From a virus (Duplodnaviria > Caudoviricetes), in IMG/VR virus record IMGVR_UViG_3300005439_000018, positions 1 to 64,000 of that record: a DNA stretch of 64,000 nucleotides. One strand, written 5' to 3'. A program made the position numbers and the translations under genes. The notes beneath the pieces were generated by a model that worked only from the letters and a program-made list of their open reading frames with translations, was not told where the DNA came from and searched no databases. This document shows positions 45,005 to 54,816 of the stretch, in pieces. Positions within the stretch are counted from its first letter, which is position 1, and the number at the start of each line of letters is the position of its first letter.

Positions 45005-45540
45005 CCCTCCCACTGTCCGGATCCATCGGCCTAGTCAACGTCAAGGGCCTGGTCGGCGACCTCATAACCGTCGGCGAGCGCCTCGACGGCAGCTCCGCCG
45101 CCGCCGCAGCGTACGACCATGCTTTCGTGCTGGTGTCCGACAACGCCCCCGAGCGCGGGGGATCCTCCGTCATCCAGGCCGAGCCTGGGGGCGCGAAGCT
45201 GTCCCCGTTGTCCCAGTACAGCGGCCGGGAGGTCTTGTGGCTCCCGTGCCCCCCGGAGAACTCCCGGGCCGTCGTACAGGCCGCCGTCTCCTACACGGGC
45301 ATCCCCTACGCCTACGCGGACTATTTCGCGATCGCCGCCCACCGCCTCGGGTTCAACCCCCGCCGACTGATAGCCCAGATCACCGTGTCCCGGCACATGA
45401 TCTGCAGTCAGCTGGCGACCGCCGCAGCCACCAAGGGCGACTGGGTCCTGTTCCCGAGCAACCCGTGGACCGGCTACATCACCCCGGCGATGCTGGCTGC
45501 CCTCGACGTGCCGGGCAAGTTCACCGAGGTGCTGCCGTGA
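45001..45540 (+). CDS. Permuted papain-like (NlpC/P60, YiiX-type) amidase
   Basis: YDHAFV...IQAEPGG, G.PY, MICSQLA. Confidence 0.8.
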   Translation: MTLPLSGSIGLVNVKGLVGDLITVGERLDGSSAAAAAYDHAFVLVSDNAPERGGSSVIQAEPGGAKLSPLSQYSGREVLWLPCPPENSRAVVQAAVSYTGIPYAYADYFAIAAHRLGFNPRRLIAQITVSRHMICSQLATAAATKGDWVLFPSNPWTGYITPAMLAALDVPGKFTEVLP

Positions 45541-47237
45541 CCGGGCAGGGGGGTGGTGTGGGCGCTGCTGGCGCGGCCCCCGGGCCGGGGGACCGGCCTG
45601 CCGACCGGCTGCACTACCTGGAGGGCCAGACCTCCGAGACCTTTGACCCGCTGGAGTACATCAAGAGCAAGAACCTGGTATGGAAGGACCAGAGCCTGCT
45701 GGCCAGCCCCGACCCCGAGGGCACCCTGTGGCGCACGGCCCAGACCAAGCTCGACCCGATGCTGTTCGCCCTGGTGTACCTGCGCCACCACCTGCGGGCT
45801 CCGGCCACCCGGAACCAGATCACGTTCTGTGACGCCCACCTGGATTGGTGCCGGGAGGCGCTGGGGTGGGTGGTGCCCCCCACCGGCCCCCGGGAGAACC
45901 GGGATGTCTACGTGGCCCCCCGCGAGCTGGGCAAGTCCACGTGGTTCTTTCTGGTCCTGCCCCTGTGGGCCGCCGCTCACGGCCACAAGCGGTTCATCGC
46001 GGCATTCGCCGACGCCGGTACCCAGGCCGAGATGCACCTGTCGACGTTCAAGAACGAGCTCGAGAACAACACGCTGCTACAGCGGGACTTCCCGGACCTG
46101 TGCGAACCGGCGACCCGGTACCGTGGCGCCACCCAGTCCGACACCAAGGGCCTGACAATCCGCAAGAGCGGGTTCGTGTTCGGCGCGCGCGGCGCCGACT
46201 CCAAGACCCTGGGCATGAAGGTCGGCGAACGCCGCCCCGACATGCTGATCCTGGACGACATCGAGCCCGGTGAGGACCAGTACAGCGAATACCAGGTCGC
46301 GGGGCGCCTCACCACCATCACCGACGTCATCTTCCCGCTGTCCGAATACGCACAGGTGGTGCTGGCGGGCACCGTGACCCTGCCCGGGTCGATCGTCCAC
46401 CAGCTGGTCAAGTCCGTGACCGAGCCGGAGGAGGACCACCCGGAGTGGATCGAAGAGCAGAACATGCGGGTGCACTACTACCCGCCGATCATTCAGAACG
46501 AGGACGGCACCGAGCGCTCGATCTGGCCCGCCAAATGGCCCATCGAGTACCTCAACGCCATCCGGCACACCCGCAGCTTCCTCAAGAACTTCGCCAACAG
46601 CCCGCTGGGTCTGGACGGCGACTACTGGACCAAGGACGACTTCGTCTACGGCGAGCTCACCGGAAAGACCCGGGTGATGCTGTCGATCGACCCGGCCGAC
46701 AAGACCAAGAAGACCAGCGACTGGACCGGGATGGCCGTCGTGGGCTGGACACCACCCCTCGCCCCGGCCGACCCGCGCAAGAAGGCGATCGACGTCGGCG
46801 ATCTCCAGGCCGCGATCAACGGCGGTCTGGGTATGTGCGAGGTGATGTACGCCCGTGCTGTCAAGCTGGTCGGCGAGAACCTGCGGGCCGAGGTGCTGCG
46901 CGTCCTGGAGATGTTCCCGGAGATCGGGCTGGTGCTTATCGAGGTCAACAAGGGCGGCGAGCACTGGCTCGACATCCTGCACCACCTGCCCTGCAAGATC
47001 CAGATGATCGACCAGGTTACCGACAAGCGGACCCGGGCGTCCCACGCGCTGGCGCACTACCAGCGGGGGAGGGTGGTGCACAGCAAGCGCCACGGCACGG
47101 CCGAGGAGCAGATGGTCAGCTTCCCGCGCGGGCCTAACGACGACCTGGTGGACGCCGTCGGCTCGGCGGTCACCCGCCTGCTCAAGCGGAAGGCCCCGAC
47201 GGGGATCCGGGGCCAGAACGTGGGCACATACGCGTGA
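45537..47237 (+). CDS. terL: Terminase large subunit
   Basis: APRELGKST, ILDDIE, GT, SIDPA, DWTG, IEVNKGG, FPRGPNDDLVDA. Confidence 0.93.
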   Translation: MTGQGGGVGAAGAAPGPGDRPADRLHYLEGQTSETFDPLEYIKSKNLVWKDQSLLASPDPEGTLWRTAQTKLDPMLFALVYLRHHLRAPATRNQITFCDAHLDWCREALGWVVPPTGPRENRDVYVAPRELGKSTWFFLVLPLWAAAHGHKRFIAAFADAGTQAEMHLSTFKNELENNTLLQRDFPDLCEPATRYRGATQSDTKGLTIRKSGFVFGARGADSKTLGMKVGERRPDMLILDDIEPGEDQYSEYQVAGRLTTITDVIFPLSEYAQVVLAGTVTLPGSIVHQLVKSVTEPEEDHPEWIEEQNMRVHYYPPIIQNEDGTERSIWPAKWPIEYLNAIRHTRSFLKNFANSPLGLDGDYWTKDDFVYGELTGKTRVMLSIDPADKTKKTSDWTGMAVVGWTPPLAPADPRKKAIDVGDLQAAINGGLGMCEVMYARAVKLVGENLRAEVLRVLEMFPEIGLVLIEVNKGGEHWLDILHHLPCKIQMIDQVTDKRTRASHALAHYQRGRVVHSKRHGTAEEQMVSFPRGPNDDLVDAVGSAVTRLLKRKAPTGIRGQNVGTYA

Positions 47238-47264
47238 GGCCCGGCCGGTCGGCCGGGCCCCGGG

Positions 47265-47537
47265 TCAGTTCACCCCGTGGTACCTCATCGATTTGGCGAT
47301 GTTGTCCAGGGTGTTCTCGTCGCTCAGGTCCTGCTGCCCGGAAGTGTAGCCCTGGTAGTTGGGCAGGTATTTCTTGACGTTGGGCTTCTCTCCGCCGGTG
47401 ACCCACAGCCCCCACACCTCGGAGTCCGCCACGTAGTGGATGCGGTACAGGCCCCACCATCCTTTGGCTACCTTGACCCCGCATACCAGGCCCCCCAGCA
47501 CCCGGTCGTCCGTGTACATGTTGATGGAGATCTTCAT
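47265..47537 (-). CDS. Hypothetical protein
   Basis: AGGAGG RBS. Confidence 0.65.
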   Translation of the reverse strand: MKISINMYTDDRVLGGLVCGVKVAKGWWGLYRIHYVADSEVWGLWVTGGEKPNVKKYLPNYQGYTSGQQDLSDENTLDNIAKSMRYHGVN

Positions 47538-47695
47538 CTCTGGCTGTCCTCCTGTTCCCAGATCGTGGAGTAGTGCTTGCAGTGGGCGTGGGTGCCCGGG
47601 GTCGGGCAGTCCGGGTGGTTGCACGGCACCTGGTGGTCCGGCAGGCTCGACTCGAGGTGCTCGGTCAGGCAGTGGTAGCAGAATATCCTCTTCAC
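47534..47695 (-). CDS. Small Cys/His-rich protein
   Basis: MKRIFCYHCLTEHLESSLPDHQVPCNHPDCPTPGTHAHCKH; GGAGG RBS; ATGA overlap. Confidence 0.62.
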   Translation of the reverse strand: MKRIFCYHCLTEHLESSLPDHQVPCNHPDCPTPGTHAHCKHYSTIWEQEDSQR

Positions 47696-47752
47696 GGCGG
47701 CTCCTCCGGGAGACAGGGTGGGGGCGGCCGACCGGCCGCCCCCGGTGCTGCG

Positions 47753-47941
47753 TCAGACCGTGCGGACCGCCTTCGACAGCGCACCCAGCAGCTGGTCCAG
47801 AACCAGGTCGCAGAACAGCCGTTCGTCGTCGTCCTCCGCGCCGTGGCTGTACGAGCTGTAGGCCCGCTCGGCCTGCTCCGCCAGCACCCGCAGCTCGGCG
47901 GTCGGGACGTTCAGCACGATCTGCGTGGTCTCGTTGTCCAT
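47753..47941 (-). CDS. Hypothetical protein
   Basis: AAGGAG RBS after a promoter cassette. Confidence 0.68.
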   Translation of the reverse strand: MDNETTQIVLNVPTAELRVLAEQAERAYSSYSHGAEDDDERLFCDLVLDQLLGALSKAVRTV

Positions 47942-48078
47942 TTCGGGCTCCTTCAGTTCGGGGAGCGCCCCTCGCTCCCTGTTAAGACCATTCTACCATG
48001 GGGTTGCCTCCCTGTCAATACCCCCGACACGGGGGCGGCCCGTCCCCGGGCTGGGGACGGGCCGCCGGACGGTCCCGG

Positions 48079-48408
48079 TCAGCAGTTGGTCTCGACCGTG
48101 ATCCGGAACGACTCCCCGCCGACCCCGGCCGTGTCCTGGATCCCGCCCTCGGTCACCAGCGCCACCAGCCGGTCGATGTTGAGCGGGATCAGCCACTCGC
48201 CGGGGGCGTCGGCCTGCGACCAGGCGTCGTTAACCAGGGTGGTCCACGGGGTGTCGGACATCGCCGTCTCGCCCAGCCCCAGGAACTCCTGGACCACCTT
48301 GCACGCCAGGTCCCAGTCGGTGACCGGCTGGAACTCGCCGCCGTTGTTGACCTCGATCTTGGCCTGCCACCCCAGCGCCAGCTCGCGACCGCCCGCGTTG
48401 TGCGTCAT
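48079..48408 (-). CDS. Hypothetical protein
   Basis: AAGGAG RBS after a promoter cassette. Confidence 0.68.
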   Translation of the reverse strand: MTHNAGGRELALGWQAKIEVNNGGEFQPVTDWDLACKVVQEFLGLGETAMSDTPWTTLVNDAWSQADAPGEWLIPLNIDRLVALVTEGGIQDTAGVGGESFRITVETNC

Positions 48409-48541
48409 CTCGGTTCTCCTTCTTCCGAGGGCCGGGCCCCTCCCGGCCCCTCTGAATAAAATTCTATCATAGGTTTGTCTCGCTGTCAAGTTAACATGCC
48501 GATGCCCCCGACCTGTCCGGCCGGGGGCATCGGAGGCGGGA

Positions 48542-49090
48542 CTACTGGGGCCAGGACCCGGTGTTCAGCCAGGTCGCCAGCAGCCACGCGGCGCTCATCC
48601 CCGTGGGGTTGTCGACGCCCGCGAACACCTCGCGGTCCCGCAGGTACACCGGGCCGTCGTGGTCGCGGGCCGCCTGCACCAGCTGCTGGACCTCCTCGCT
48701 GCCGACCACCCAGGACATGACCTGGTACCGGTAGGCGGGCAGGTAGATCGCCCGCCGGGCCGCGCCGACGTCCTCGATCAGGTCGGCGGCCGGACCGGCC
48801 CAGGCTCCGCGCGGCACCCGGCCGTGGCCCCGGCGCCAGTCGCCCGCCATCGCCAGCTCGTCCGGCCCGCTGACCGGCCCGTGGACCTTGGTGCCCTGCC
48901 ACAGCGCGGCGACGCTGACCGCCGTGCAGCCGTGGTACCGGTGGCTGTACTTCCGGTTGCTCGGGTTGGCCCAGATCCACTGGAAGCTGTCGCCCGCCAG
49001 GTCGGTGTCGTCGCCCGTGCAGATCGCCACGTTCCACGCGTTGTCGCCGGGCATGTCGTCCTTGATGCCCGCCGCGATGAACTCGCCCAT
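48542..49090 (-). CDS. DUF6939-like protein
   Basis: AVSV..LWQGTKV...WRRG...ARRAIYLPAY...LRD pattern. Confidence 0.6.
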   Translation of the reverse strand: MGEFIAAGIKDDMPGDNAWNVAICTGDDTDLAGDSFQWIWANPSNRKYSHRYHGCTAVSVAALWQGTKVHGPVSGPDELAMAGDWRRGHGRVPRGAWAGPAADLIEDVGAARRAIYLPAYRYQVMSWVVGSEEVQQLVQAARDHDGPVYLRDREVFAGVDNPTGMSAAWLLATWLNTGSWPQ

Positions 49091-49210
49091 CTCTACCACC
49101 TTCGACCGGGGGCCGCAGTCGGCCCCGATTACCAAAATCCTATCACATCCTTGTCCCGCTGTCAATCCCCCTGAGCGGGGCGCCCGCTTGGTCGGCGGGC
49201 GCCCCGGCGG

Positions 49211-49471
49211 TCACGCGCCCGGGTGTCCCTCGGGCCGCGCGGCCGGGTGCGTCGCGGCGATCCCGATCTCGTCGGCGAGCCACGTCCGCATCTCCGGGTC
49301 GGCGACGTGGTGCTTGAGCGCGTCGGCGATCCGGCACGCCTCGGCCTCGGTGTTCCCGCCCGCGCGGAGCGCGTCGATGGCGGCGGTGATCTGCTCGGTC
49401 GGGATCCCGTACCCCTCGGCGATGTTTCGCTCGATCGCCGTGGCCTGGCGGGCGGGGGTGGTGTTCGGCAT
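49211..49471 (-). CDS. Hypothetical protein
   Basis: GAGGAG RBS after a promoter cassette. Confidence 0.65.
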   Translation of the reverse strand: MPNTTPARQATAIERNIAEGYGIPTEQITAAIDALRAGGNTEAEACRIADALKHHVADPEMRTWLADEIGIAATHPAARPEGHPGA

Positions 49472-49547
49472 CTCTGTCTCCTCTGGTTCGGGCGGCCCCT
49501 CCGCCCTGTTGGGACAAGTCAACCATCCCCTTGTCTCGCTGTCAAGA

Positions 49548-49916
49548 TCAGCGCAGACTGCGCACCATGATGTCGGCGATCTCGCGCAGGTCGTCGGACG
49601 TCTGGCTGTCCTTCGACCCCGCGTGCGCCAGCAGCATCCCCATCGCTAGCGCGGCCTGGTACTTGGTCAGCCGGAACTCCACCGTGTCGTCGACCGGCTT
49701 GTTGAACCCGGCCTGGATCACGGCCAGGTCGGCCCCGAGCCACTTGACCCACAGCCGCAGGTCGGACAGCTTGGGCGACACTCGGCCGCTCTCGTAGCTG
49801 CTGAGCATGGACTGGCTGAACCCGATCTCGCGGGCGGCGTCCACCTGCTTGGTGCTGCCCCGCATGTCCCGCAGGACGGATATCAGCGGGTCGATCTCGT
49901 GCTGCTGTTCAGCCAC
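49548..49916 (-). CDS. XRE-family HTH regulator
   Basis: LRDMRG.TKQVDAAREIGFSQSMLSSYESGRVSP; AAGGAG RBS. Confidence 0.85.
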   Translation of the reverse strand: MAEQQHEIDPLISVLRDMRGSTKQVDAAREIGFSQSMLSSYESGRVSPKLSDLRLWVKWLGADLAVIQAGFNKPVDDTVEFRLTKYQAALAMGMLLAHAGSKDSQTSDDLREIADIMVRSLR

Positions 49917-50034
49917 CTTGGCTCCTTGGTCGGCCGGATACCCCCGGCGTGGTCTGTGGGGACATCCCACCACGCGGGTTTCCAGACAGACAAGCTCCCG
50001 CCGGTGTCCGGCGGGAGCTGGCAGGGCGCGTGGG

Positions 50035-50208
50035 TCAGTCCCACTCGTACATCTCCGTCTTGTTGTTGCGGTAGTAGGTACCCCAGTGCCTGCCCGGGTG
50101 CTTGCCGGTCGGCCCGACCATCACTGTGCACACCAGCGGAACCCCCGGAACCGCCGCTGTGTTGACGCTGCCGCACTCTGTCTCGGGCCTGTGGCCGTTG
50201 ACCTTCAT
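50035..50208 (-). CDS. Small hypothetical protein
   Basis: GGAGGG RBS; C...C...H.G.H. Confidence 0.55.
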   Translation of the reverse strand: MKVNGHRPETECGSVNTAAVPGVPLVCTVMVGPTGKHPGRHWGTYYRNNKTEMYEWD

Positions 50209-50261
50209 TTCCCCTCCCAAAAACGGGCCGGGCCGCCCCGTGTGGGGCGGCCCGGTCAGCA

Positions 50262-50612
50262 CTACTTGCGGATGGTGACCCCCGGGTCGTCCGGTCCCAT
50301 CGACCAGATCTCATTCCCCGGCTCGGTGATATCCTCGATCTCCGCCCAGGTCGCCCGGATGTCGACGACCTGGATCCGCGCCCCGGGGTCCGGGTCGTTG
50401 TACCCGATCGCGTACCCCTGCCGGTCGCCGACCGGGTGGGCCTCGATCCACTCGCGGAGCTGGGGGACCCCGACCGGGGTGGCCAGCTCGCCCTCGGTGC
50501 TGGTCGGGGCGACGAACCCGTCCTCTATCGGCTCCCCGTCCGCGCCGACCAGGGCGCAGAACTCCATCCGCATCCCCTCGTCGATCCGCTCCGCGATCTT
50601 TTCGGTGTTCAT
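50262..50612 (-). CDS. Hypothetical protein
   Basis: Follows a promoter cassette. Confidence 0.68.
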   Translation of the reverse strand: MNTEKIAERIDEGMRMEFCALVGADGEPIEDGFVAPTSTEGELATPVGVPQLREWIEAHPVGDRQGYAIGYNDPDPGARIQVVDIRATWAEIEDITEPGNEIWSMGPDDPGVTIRK

Positions 50613-50750
50613 CCTGGTTCCCTTCCCGGGGCGGCCCCTCCGCCCCCTCTGAATAAAATTCTATCATAGGGGTTGCCTATTTGTCAATATCCCCGACACG
50701 AGCCCGCCCGGCCGCAGGGTGCGCGGCCGGGCGGGGGGTGGTGTAGCGGG

Positions 50751-50879
50751 TCAGCGGGCCTTGGGGTGCGCCCGGCTGGTGTGGGCGTCCAGCGCGGCCT
50801 GCGCGCCCGCCTGGGTGTTCATCTTCGCCTTGAACGTGCAGTGCGGGCAGCTCAGCTCGACGTCGCGGGTCTCGGCCAT
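50751..50879 (-). CDS. C2H2-type zinc-finger peptide
   Basis: CPHC...H...H; AAGGAG RBS. Confidence 0.6.
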   Translation of the reverse strand: MAETRDVELSCPHCTFKAKMNTQAGAQAALDAHTSRAHPKAR

Positions 50880-50938
50880 CTCGGTTCTCCTTCGGTGGGT
50901 GGGGGCCGGACCCCGGGCGGGGTCCGGCCGGTGGTGCG

Positions 50939-51223
50939 TCAGACCCGGCGGCAGCGCTGCTGGTGGACCGCCAGCGCCTCGGCGGCGGCCATCCGGGTCC
51001 CGTACCAGTTGGTCGTGAACCCGCAGACGCACTGGGCGTGGAACATCGAGCTGACCTGGGTGGGCGACCCGATCACCCCGTCCGGGCTGACCTCGACGTA
51101 CTGCGTGGTCAGCCCGGACCGGTTGGCCTCGGACTGCGCGGCGTCGGCCGCCGCCCAGCTGTTGCCGTGCTCCGAGACGAACACCCCGCGCCCGTTCCGG
51201 ACCTGCCACTTCGTGTCGGCCAT
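50939..51223 (-). CDS. Hypothetical protein with zinc finger
   Basis: CVCG...H...C; GGGAGG RBS. Confidence 0.65.
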   Translation of the reverse strand: MADTKWQVRNGRGVFVSEHGNSWAAADAAQSEANRSGLTTQYVEVSPDGVIGSPTQVSSMFHAQCVCGFTTNWYGTRMAAAEALAVHQQRCRRV

Positions 51224-51383
51224 CTCTGGCCTCCCTTCCTGACGGGGCGCCCCTCGCCCCTTCAACCTCCATTCTATCATGGACTTGCCCGTCTGTCAAT
51301 ATCTCCGCGTCCGTGGTCGGCAACCCTCCGGGGGTGATTCAATAGACTGCAGTACCCCCGACCCGACGCGAAGGAGCCCCCTG

Positions 51384-53000
51384 GTGAGCGACACCGAGGA
51401 GGTGCTGGCCAGCAACCCCGACCTGATGGAGGGGCTACAGGCCCTTGCCAACGGGCTGCCGGACTACCACCGGGCCGAGATGTACTACGAGGCGACCAAC
51501 CCGGAATTCTTCGCGTCGATCCGGCTGCGCCGCGCGCTGGAGCGCACCGGCATCACCTTCCGGTTCAACCTGGCCAAGACCCCGGTCGACGTGATGGCCG
51601 ACCGCCTGGAGATCAACTCGGTGATGGTGGTCGGCGATAAGAAGGCTGACCAGATACTCCAGTCCATCTGGGAACGCAACCTGATGGAGCTGGAGTCGAC
51701 CAACATCCACCGCCGGGCCGGTGAGTTCGGCGACGCGTACCTGATCGTCTGGCCGACGGCCGACGAGGACCCCGAGGACGACCCGGACGGCGGGCAGGAC
51801 GAGGAGGAGCTGGACTTCCAGCAGGTCGACCTGTTCTACAACAGCCCCAAGACCACCCGTGTCGTGTACGACGTCGAGAACCCGCACCGCAAGAAGTTCG
51901 CCATCAAGAAGTGGACGCTCCCGGCGCAGCTCGGGGTGAAGGCCAAGCCCCCCACGCGGGTCAACCTGTACTACCCCGACCGTATCGAGCGGTACGTCAG
52001 CGTCCCCAACTCCAAGGGCAACACCCGCCGCGACTGGATCCGGTTCACCGACGAGGAGAGCCCGGAGTGGCCGATCGAGAATCCGTACGGAGAGGTCCCG
52101 GTCTTCCACTTCCGGACCGGGACCCCGTACGGAGACCCCGAGCACCGCGCTGCGTACGGCCCCCAGGACGCCATCAACAAGCTGATCATCACGCACGCCG
52201 CGACGATCGACTACCACGGGTTCCCGCAGCGGTACTTCCTGGCCAACCCGGACTCCGGCAGCGACGAGCTGGCCGACTTCGACACCAGCGACGACATCAA
52301 CCGGTTCGAGGACACCGGCCACGACAGCGCGCTGCGGGCCGGGCCCGGCGAGGTGTGGTGGCTGAACGGCGTCCGGCAGGCGGGCCAGTTCGACCCCCCG
52401 AACCCCGACGTGTTCCTCCAACCGCTCGACGTGTACATCCGCATGATGGCCCAGGTCACCAGCACCCCCCTGCACTACTTCGACCCCCAGACGTACAGCC
52501 GCCTGCCCCCGTCCGGCGAGTCCATCCGCGCGGCCGAGGTCCCGCTGCTCAAGAAGGTCCGCCGCCGCCAGATCACCTACGGCCACGGCTGGAAGAGCGC
52601 CATGGCGTTCGCCCTGAAGGTGGCCACCTGGGACGACGAATCCGGGCAGGGGGAGGTGGTGAGCCCCGACATCGAGGTGCGCTGGATCCCCAGCGCCACG
52701 GTGGACGACGCGGCGGGCTGGACGATGCTTGGCCTGAAGCGGGCCAACGGCGTCCCCAACCGGCAGATCCTGCTGGAGGCCGGGTACTCGCAGGAGCAGG
52801 TCGACGAGTGGCTGCCCATGGGCGGCGAAGACCTCGACCAGCGCATCGACCAGCTGACCAAGGTCGCCACCGCCGCACAGGCGCTGGGCGCGGCGGTCGG
52901 CCTGGGCGTGCTGGACGGTGCGCAGGTCGGCCAGATCATCATGAATATGCTCAACATGCCCGTGGAGAAGTCCACCCAATTCGACGAGGGAACGTCATGA
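51384..53000 (+). CDS. Portal protein (SPP1 gp6-like)
   Basis: NLAKTPVD, FGDAYLIVW, NPYGEVPVFHF, FPQRY, SGESIR. Confidence 0.92.
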   Translation: MSDTEEVLASNPDLMEGLQALANGLPDYHRAEMYYEATNPEFFASIRLRRALERTGITFRFNLAKTPVDVMADRLEINSVMVVGDKKADQILQSIWERNLMELESTNIHRRAGEFGDAYLIVWPTADEDPEDDPDGGQDEEELDFQQVDLFYNSPKTTRVVYDVENPHRKKFAIKKWTLPAQLGVKAKPPTRVNLYYPDRIERYVSVPNSKGNTRRDWIRFTDEESPEWPIENPYGEVPVFHFRTGTPYGDPEHRAAYGPQDAINKLIITHAATIDYHGFPQRYFLANPDSGSDELADFDTSDDINRFEDTGHDSALRAGPGEVWWLNGVRQAGQFDPPNPDVFLQPLDVYIRMMAQVTSTPLHYFDPQTYSRLPPSGESIRAAEVPLLKKVRRRQITYGHGWKSAMAFALKVATWDDESGQGEVVSPDIEVRWIPSATVDDAAGWTMLGLKRANGVPNRQILLEAGYSQEQVDEWLPMGGEDLDQRIDQLTKVATAAQALGAAVGLGVLDGAQVGQIIMNMLNMPVEKSTQFDEGTS

Positions 53001-53275
53001 GCGGATACAGCAAGGCCGCCCCGTCCGACGCCGACCTGCTGCACGGTGCGGGCCAGGGCGGCCAGGTCCTGCACGACAGCAGCCGCCACGCCGACATCAC
53101 CGGCGCCACCAAGAAGGGCCCGGATGCGGGCATGCGTGCTACCCTGGGTCGTCCGCGTGCGGGCAGCGACTACCCGGGGCCCACGCCCGAGGACGTCAAC
53201 ACCGCCCCCGGCCAGCGCACAACCAAGATCTTCGGCTCCGGCCGCCGCCTGCCGAACAACCCCAACAACCCCTGA
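52997..53275 (+). CDS. Low-complexity hypothetical protein (possible internal virion protein)
   Basis: ATGA overlap with the portal. Confidence 0.65.
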   Translation: MSGYSKAAPSDADLLHGAGQGGQVLHDSSRHADITGATKKGPDAGMRATLGRPRAGSDYPGPTPEDVNTAPGQRTTKIFGSGRRLPNNPNNP

Positions 53276-53296
53276 CCCAGAGAGGCCGCCCGACTG

Positions 53297-54793
53297 ATGA
53301 GCTGGGCAAAGTGGGACCTCGAACACCGAAGCAACAACGTTCGGGTGTCCAAGAGCGCCACGGGCGGCCTCAAGGTGATGTCTGGGGGCAAGCACCTGGG
53401 GAACATCGAGCACCGAAACGGCAGGCACGTATCGGTGATCAAGAAGTCCGGTGACCTGAAGTCCGCCGAGCACGCCTCGGCCCAGGATGCCCTGGATCAC
53501 ATCCGACAGGCCCACGGACTCCCCAAGGGCGGAGCCCTGGATTCTGAGAACCTGCTCGCCGGTCTGGGAAAGCCCGGCACCCCCCGGTCGTCAGCCCAGT
53601 CTCTTGCCGAGCAGATCCGGAGGGCGCTGGCCCACCCCGGTCCGTCTAAGACACCCGAGGTCAGCTCGACCCGGTCCCGCACCAGCGGGTCCACCATATC
53701 GCGGGCCGAGGGGTCCCGGTCTGTGGCTCGGCACAACCTCAAGGCAGACTTCAAGCGACCGGCGCCGGTGAAGGGTGAAAAGGACCGGGCCGACTCGGTG
53801 CGCACCACCATCCGCATGGCCGAGTACAACCGCAAGAAGCGGGCAGGGGGCGGTGTACGGTCGGCGGACAAGGTAGCTGCCAGTGTCAACAAGGCCGGTC
53901 CGGGGGAGTTCAGCTCTCCGCATGAGCCCGGGACCCTGGAGCACGCGGTGGACAAGGCCAACCACGCTTCGAGGATGGCTGAGGCCAACCCCACGCCCGA
54001 GACCCACGAAGCGGCTCGCACGGCCCACGCCGACGCGGCCTGGAAGGCCACCAAGGCCAAGAACGACCCCGCGAACACGTATCATTTGCTGATGGCTCGG
54101 CACCACGGTTACGCGGCCAAGGGCGAGCCGACCCGGGGGTCTCTGGGTGAGTCCCACTCCGACGCCCAGGGTGCCCTGTTCAACAACGACCCCCACCATC
54201 TGATGTCCCTGTTCTCGGACACCGAGGCCCGGCGCCAGGCGGACCAGCATTACGACTCCATCCGCAACGCAGCAGACAGCGGGCTGACCAAGACCCAGCT
54301 GTCTGCCGTCAAGACCTACACCGGAAACGCGTTCAGCAAGATCAACGACCACCTGCGGGGGTCCAAGACGATCACGGACCCTGCGGCCCGCAGCAAGGTC
54401 GAGAAGACCGTGTCCGACCTGGATGCAGCCATGTCCAAGCAGGAGCCGCTGGCGCACGATATGGTAACATATCGAGGTGTCAAGAACGCCGATCAGGTAT
54501 TCGGAAGTCTCGGCAGCCACGTGGGAGGAGAGTTTGCGGACCATGCGTTCACCAGCACCACCACCCACGGTGCAGTATCCAACGAGTTCAGCCACGAGGC
54601 CGTGGTCAGGGTGCTGAACCGCCAGGGGCAGGTGGTGTTGAAGCCCCACGACGCTGGAGCGTTCGGAAACGCCAGCGCCGACTTCAGAGAGCTGACCGTC
54701 CCCCGAGACACCAGGTACCACGTTGCTGCCGACCGCATGGTGACGCTGCACGACGGTACGTCTCGCAGGGTCATCGACCTGGTCCGCAAGTAG
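53297..54793 (+). CDS. VIP2-like ADP-ribosyltransferase 1 (head-associated)
   Basis: YTG....IN.HLRG, TYRG, FTSTT, FRE R-S-E motifs; N-terminus shared with the next gene. Confidence 0.85.
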   Translation: MSWAKWDLEHRSNNVRVSKSATGGLKVMSGGKHLGNIEHRNGRHVSVIKKSGDLKSAEHASAQDALDHIRQAHGLPKGGALDSENLLAGLGKPGTPRSSAQSLAEQIRRALAHPGPSKTPEVSSTRSRTSGSTISRAEGSRSVARHNLKADFKRPAPVKGEKDRADSVRTTIRMAEYNRKKRAGGGVRSADKVAASVNKAGPGEFSSPHEPGTLEHAVDKANHASRMAEANPTPETHEAARTAHADAAWKATKAKNDPANTYHLLMARHHGYAAKGEPTRGSLGESHSDAQGALFNNDPHHLMSLFSDTEARRQADQHYDSIRNAADSGLTKTQLSAVKTYTGNAFSKINDHLRGSKTITDPAARSKVEKTVSDLDAAMSKQEPLAHDMVTYRGVKNADQVFGSLGSHVGGEFADHAFTSTTTHGAVSNEFSHEAVVRVLNRQGQVVLKPHDAGAFGNASADFRELTVPRDTRYHVAADRMVTLHDGTSRRVIDLVRK

Positions 54794-54816
54794 AGTCAGA
54801 CAGGAGAGTCGAACCT

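Larger units (their letters stand above)
35744..51299 (-). promoter_or_regulatory. Repeated leftward promoter cassettes (TTGACA...TAGAAT, operator, AGGGG-loop hairpin)
   Basis: Operators at 35785, 36811, 37691, 38846, 48004, 48475, 49151, 49531, 50673, 51285. Confidence 0.85.

Noticed and set aside
47534-47695. Apparent frameshift in the Cys/His-rich gene
   Set aside because: On re-reading the frame is continuous (CTG CCG GAC CAC)
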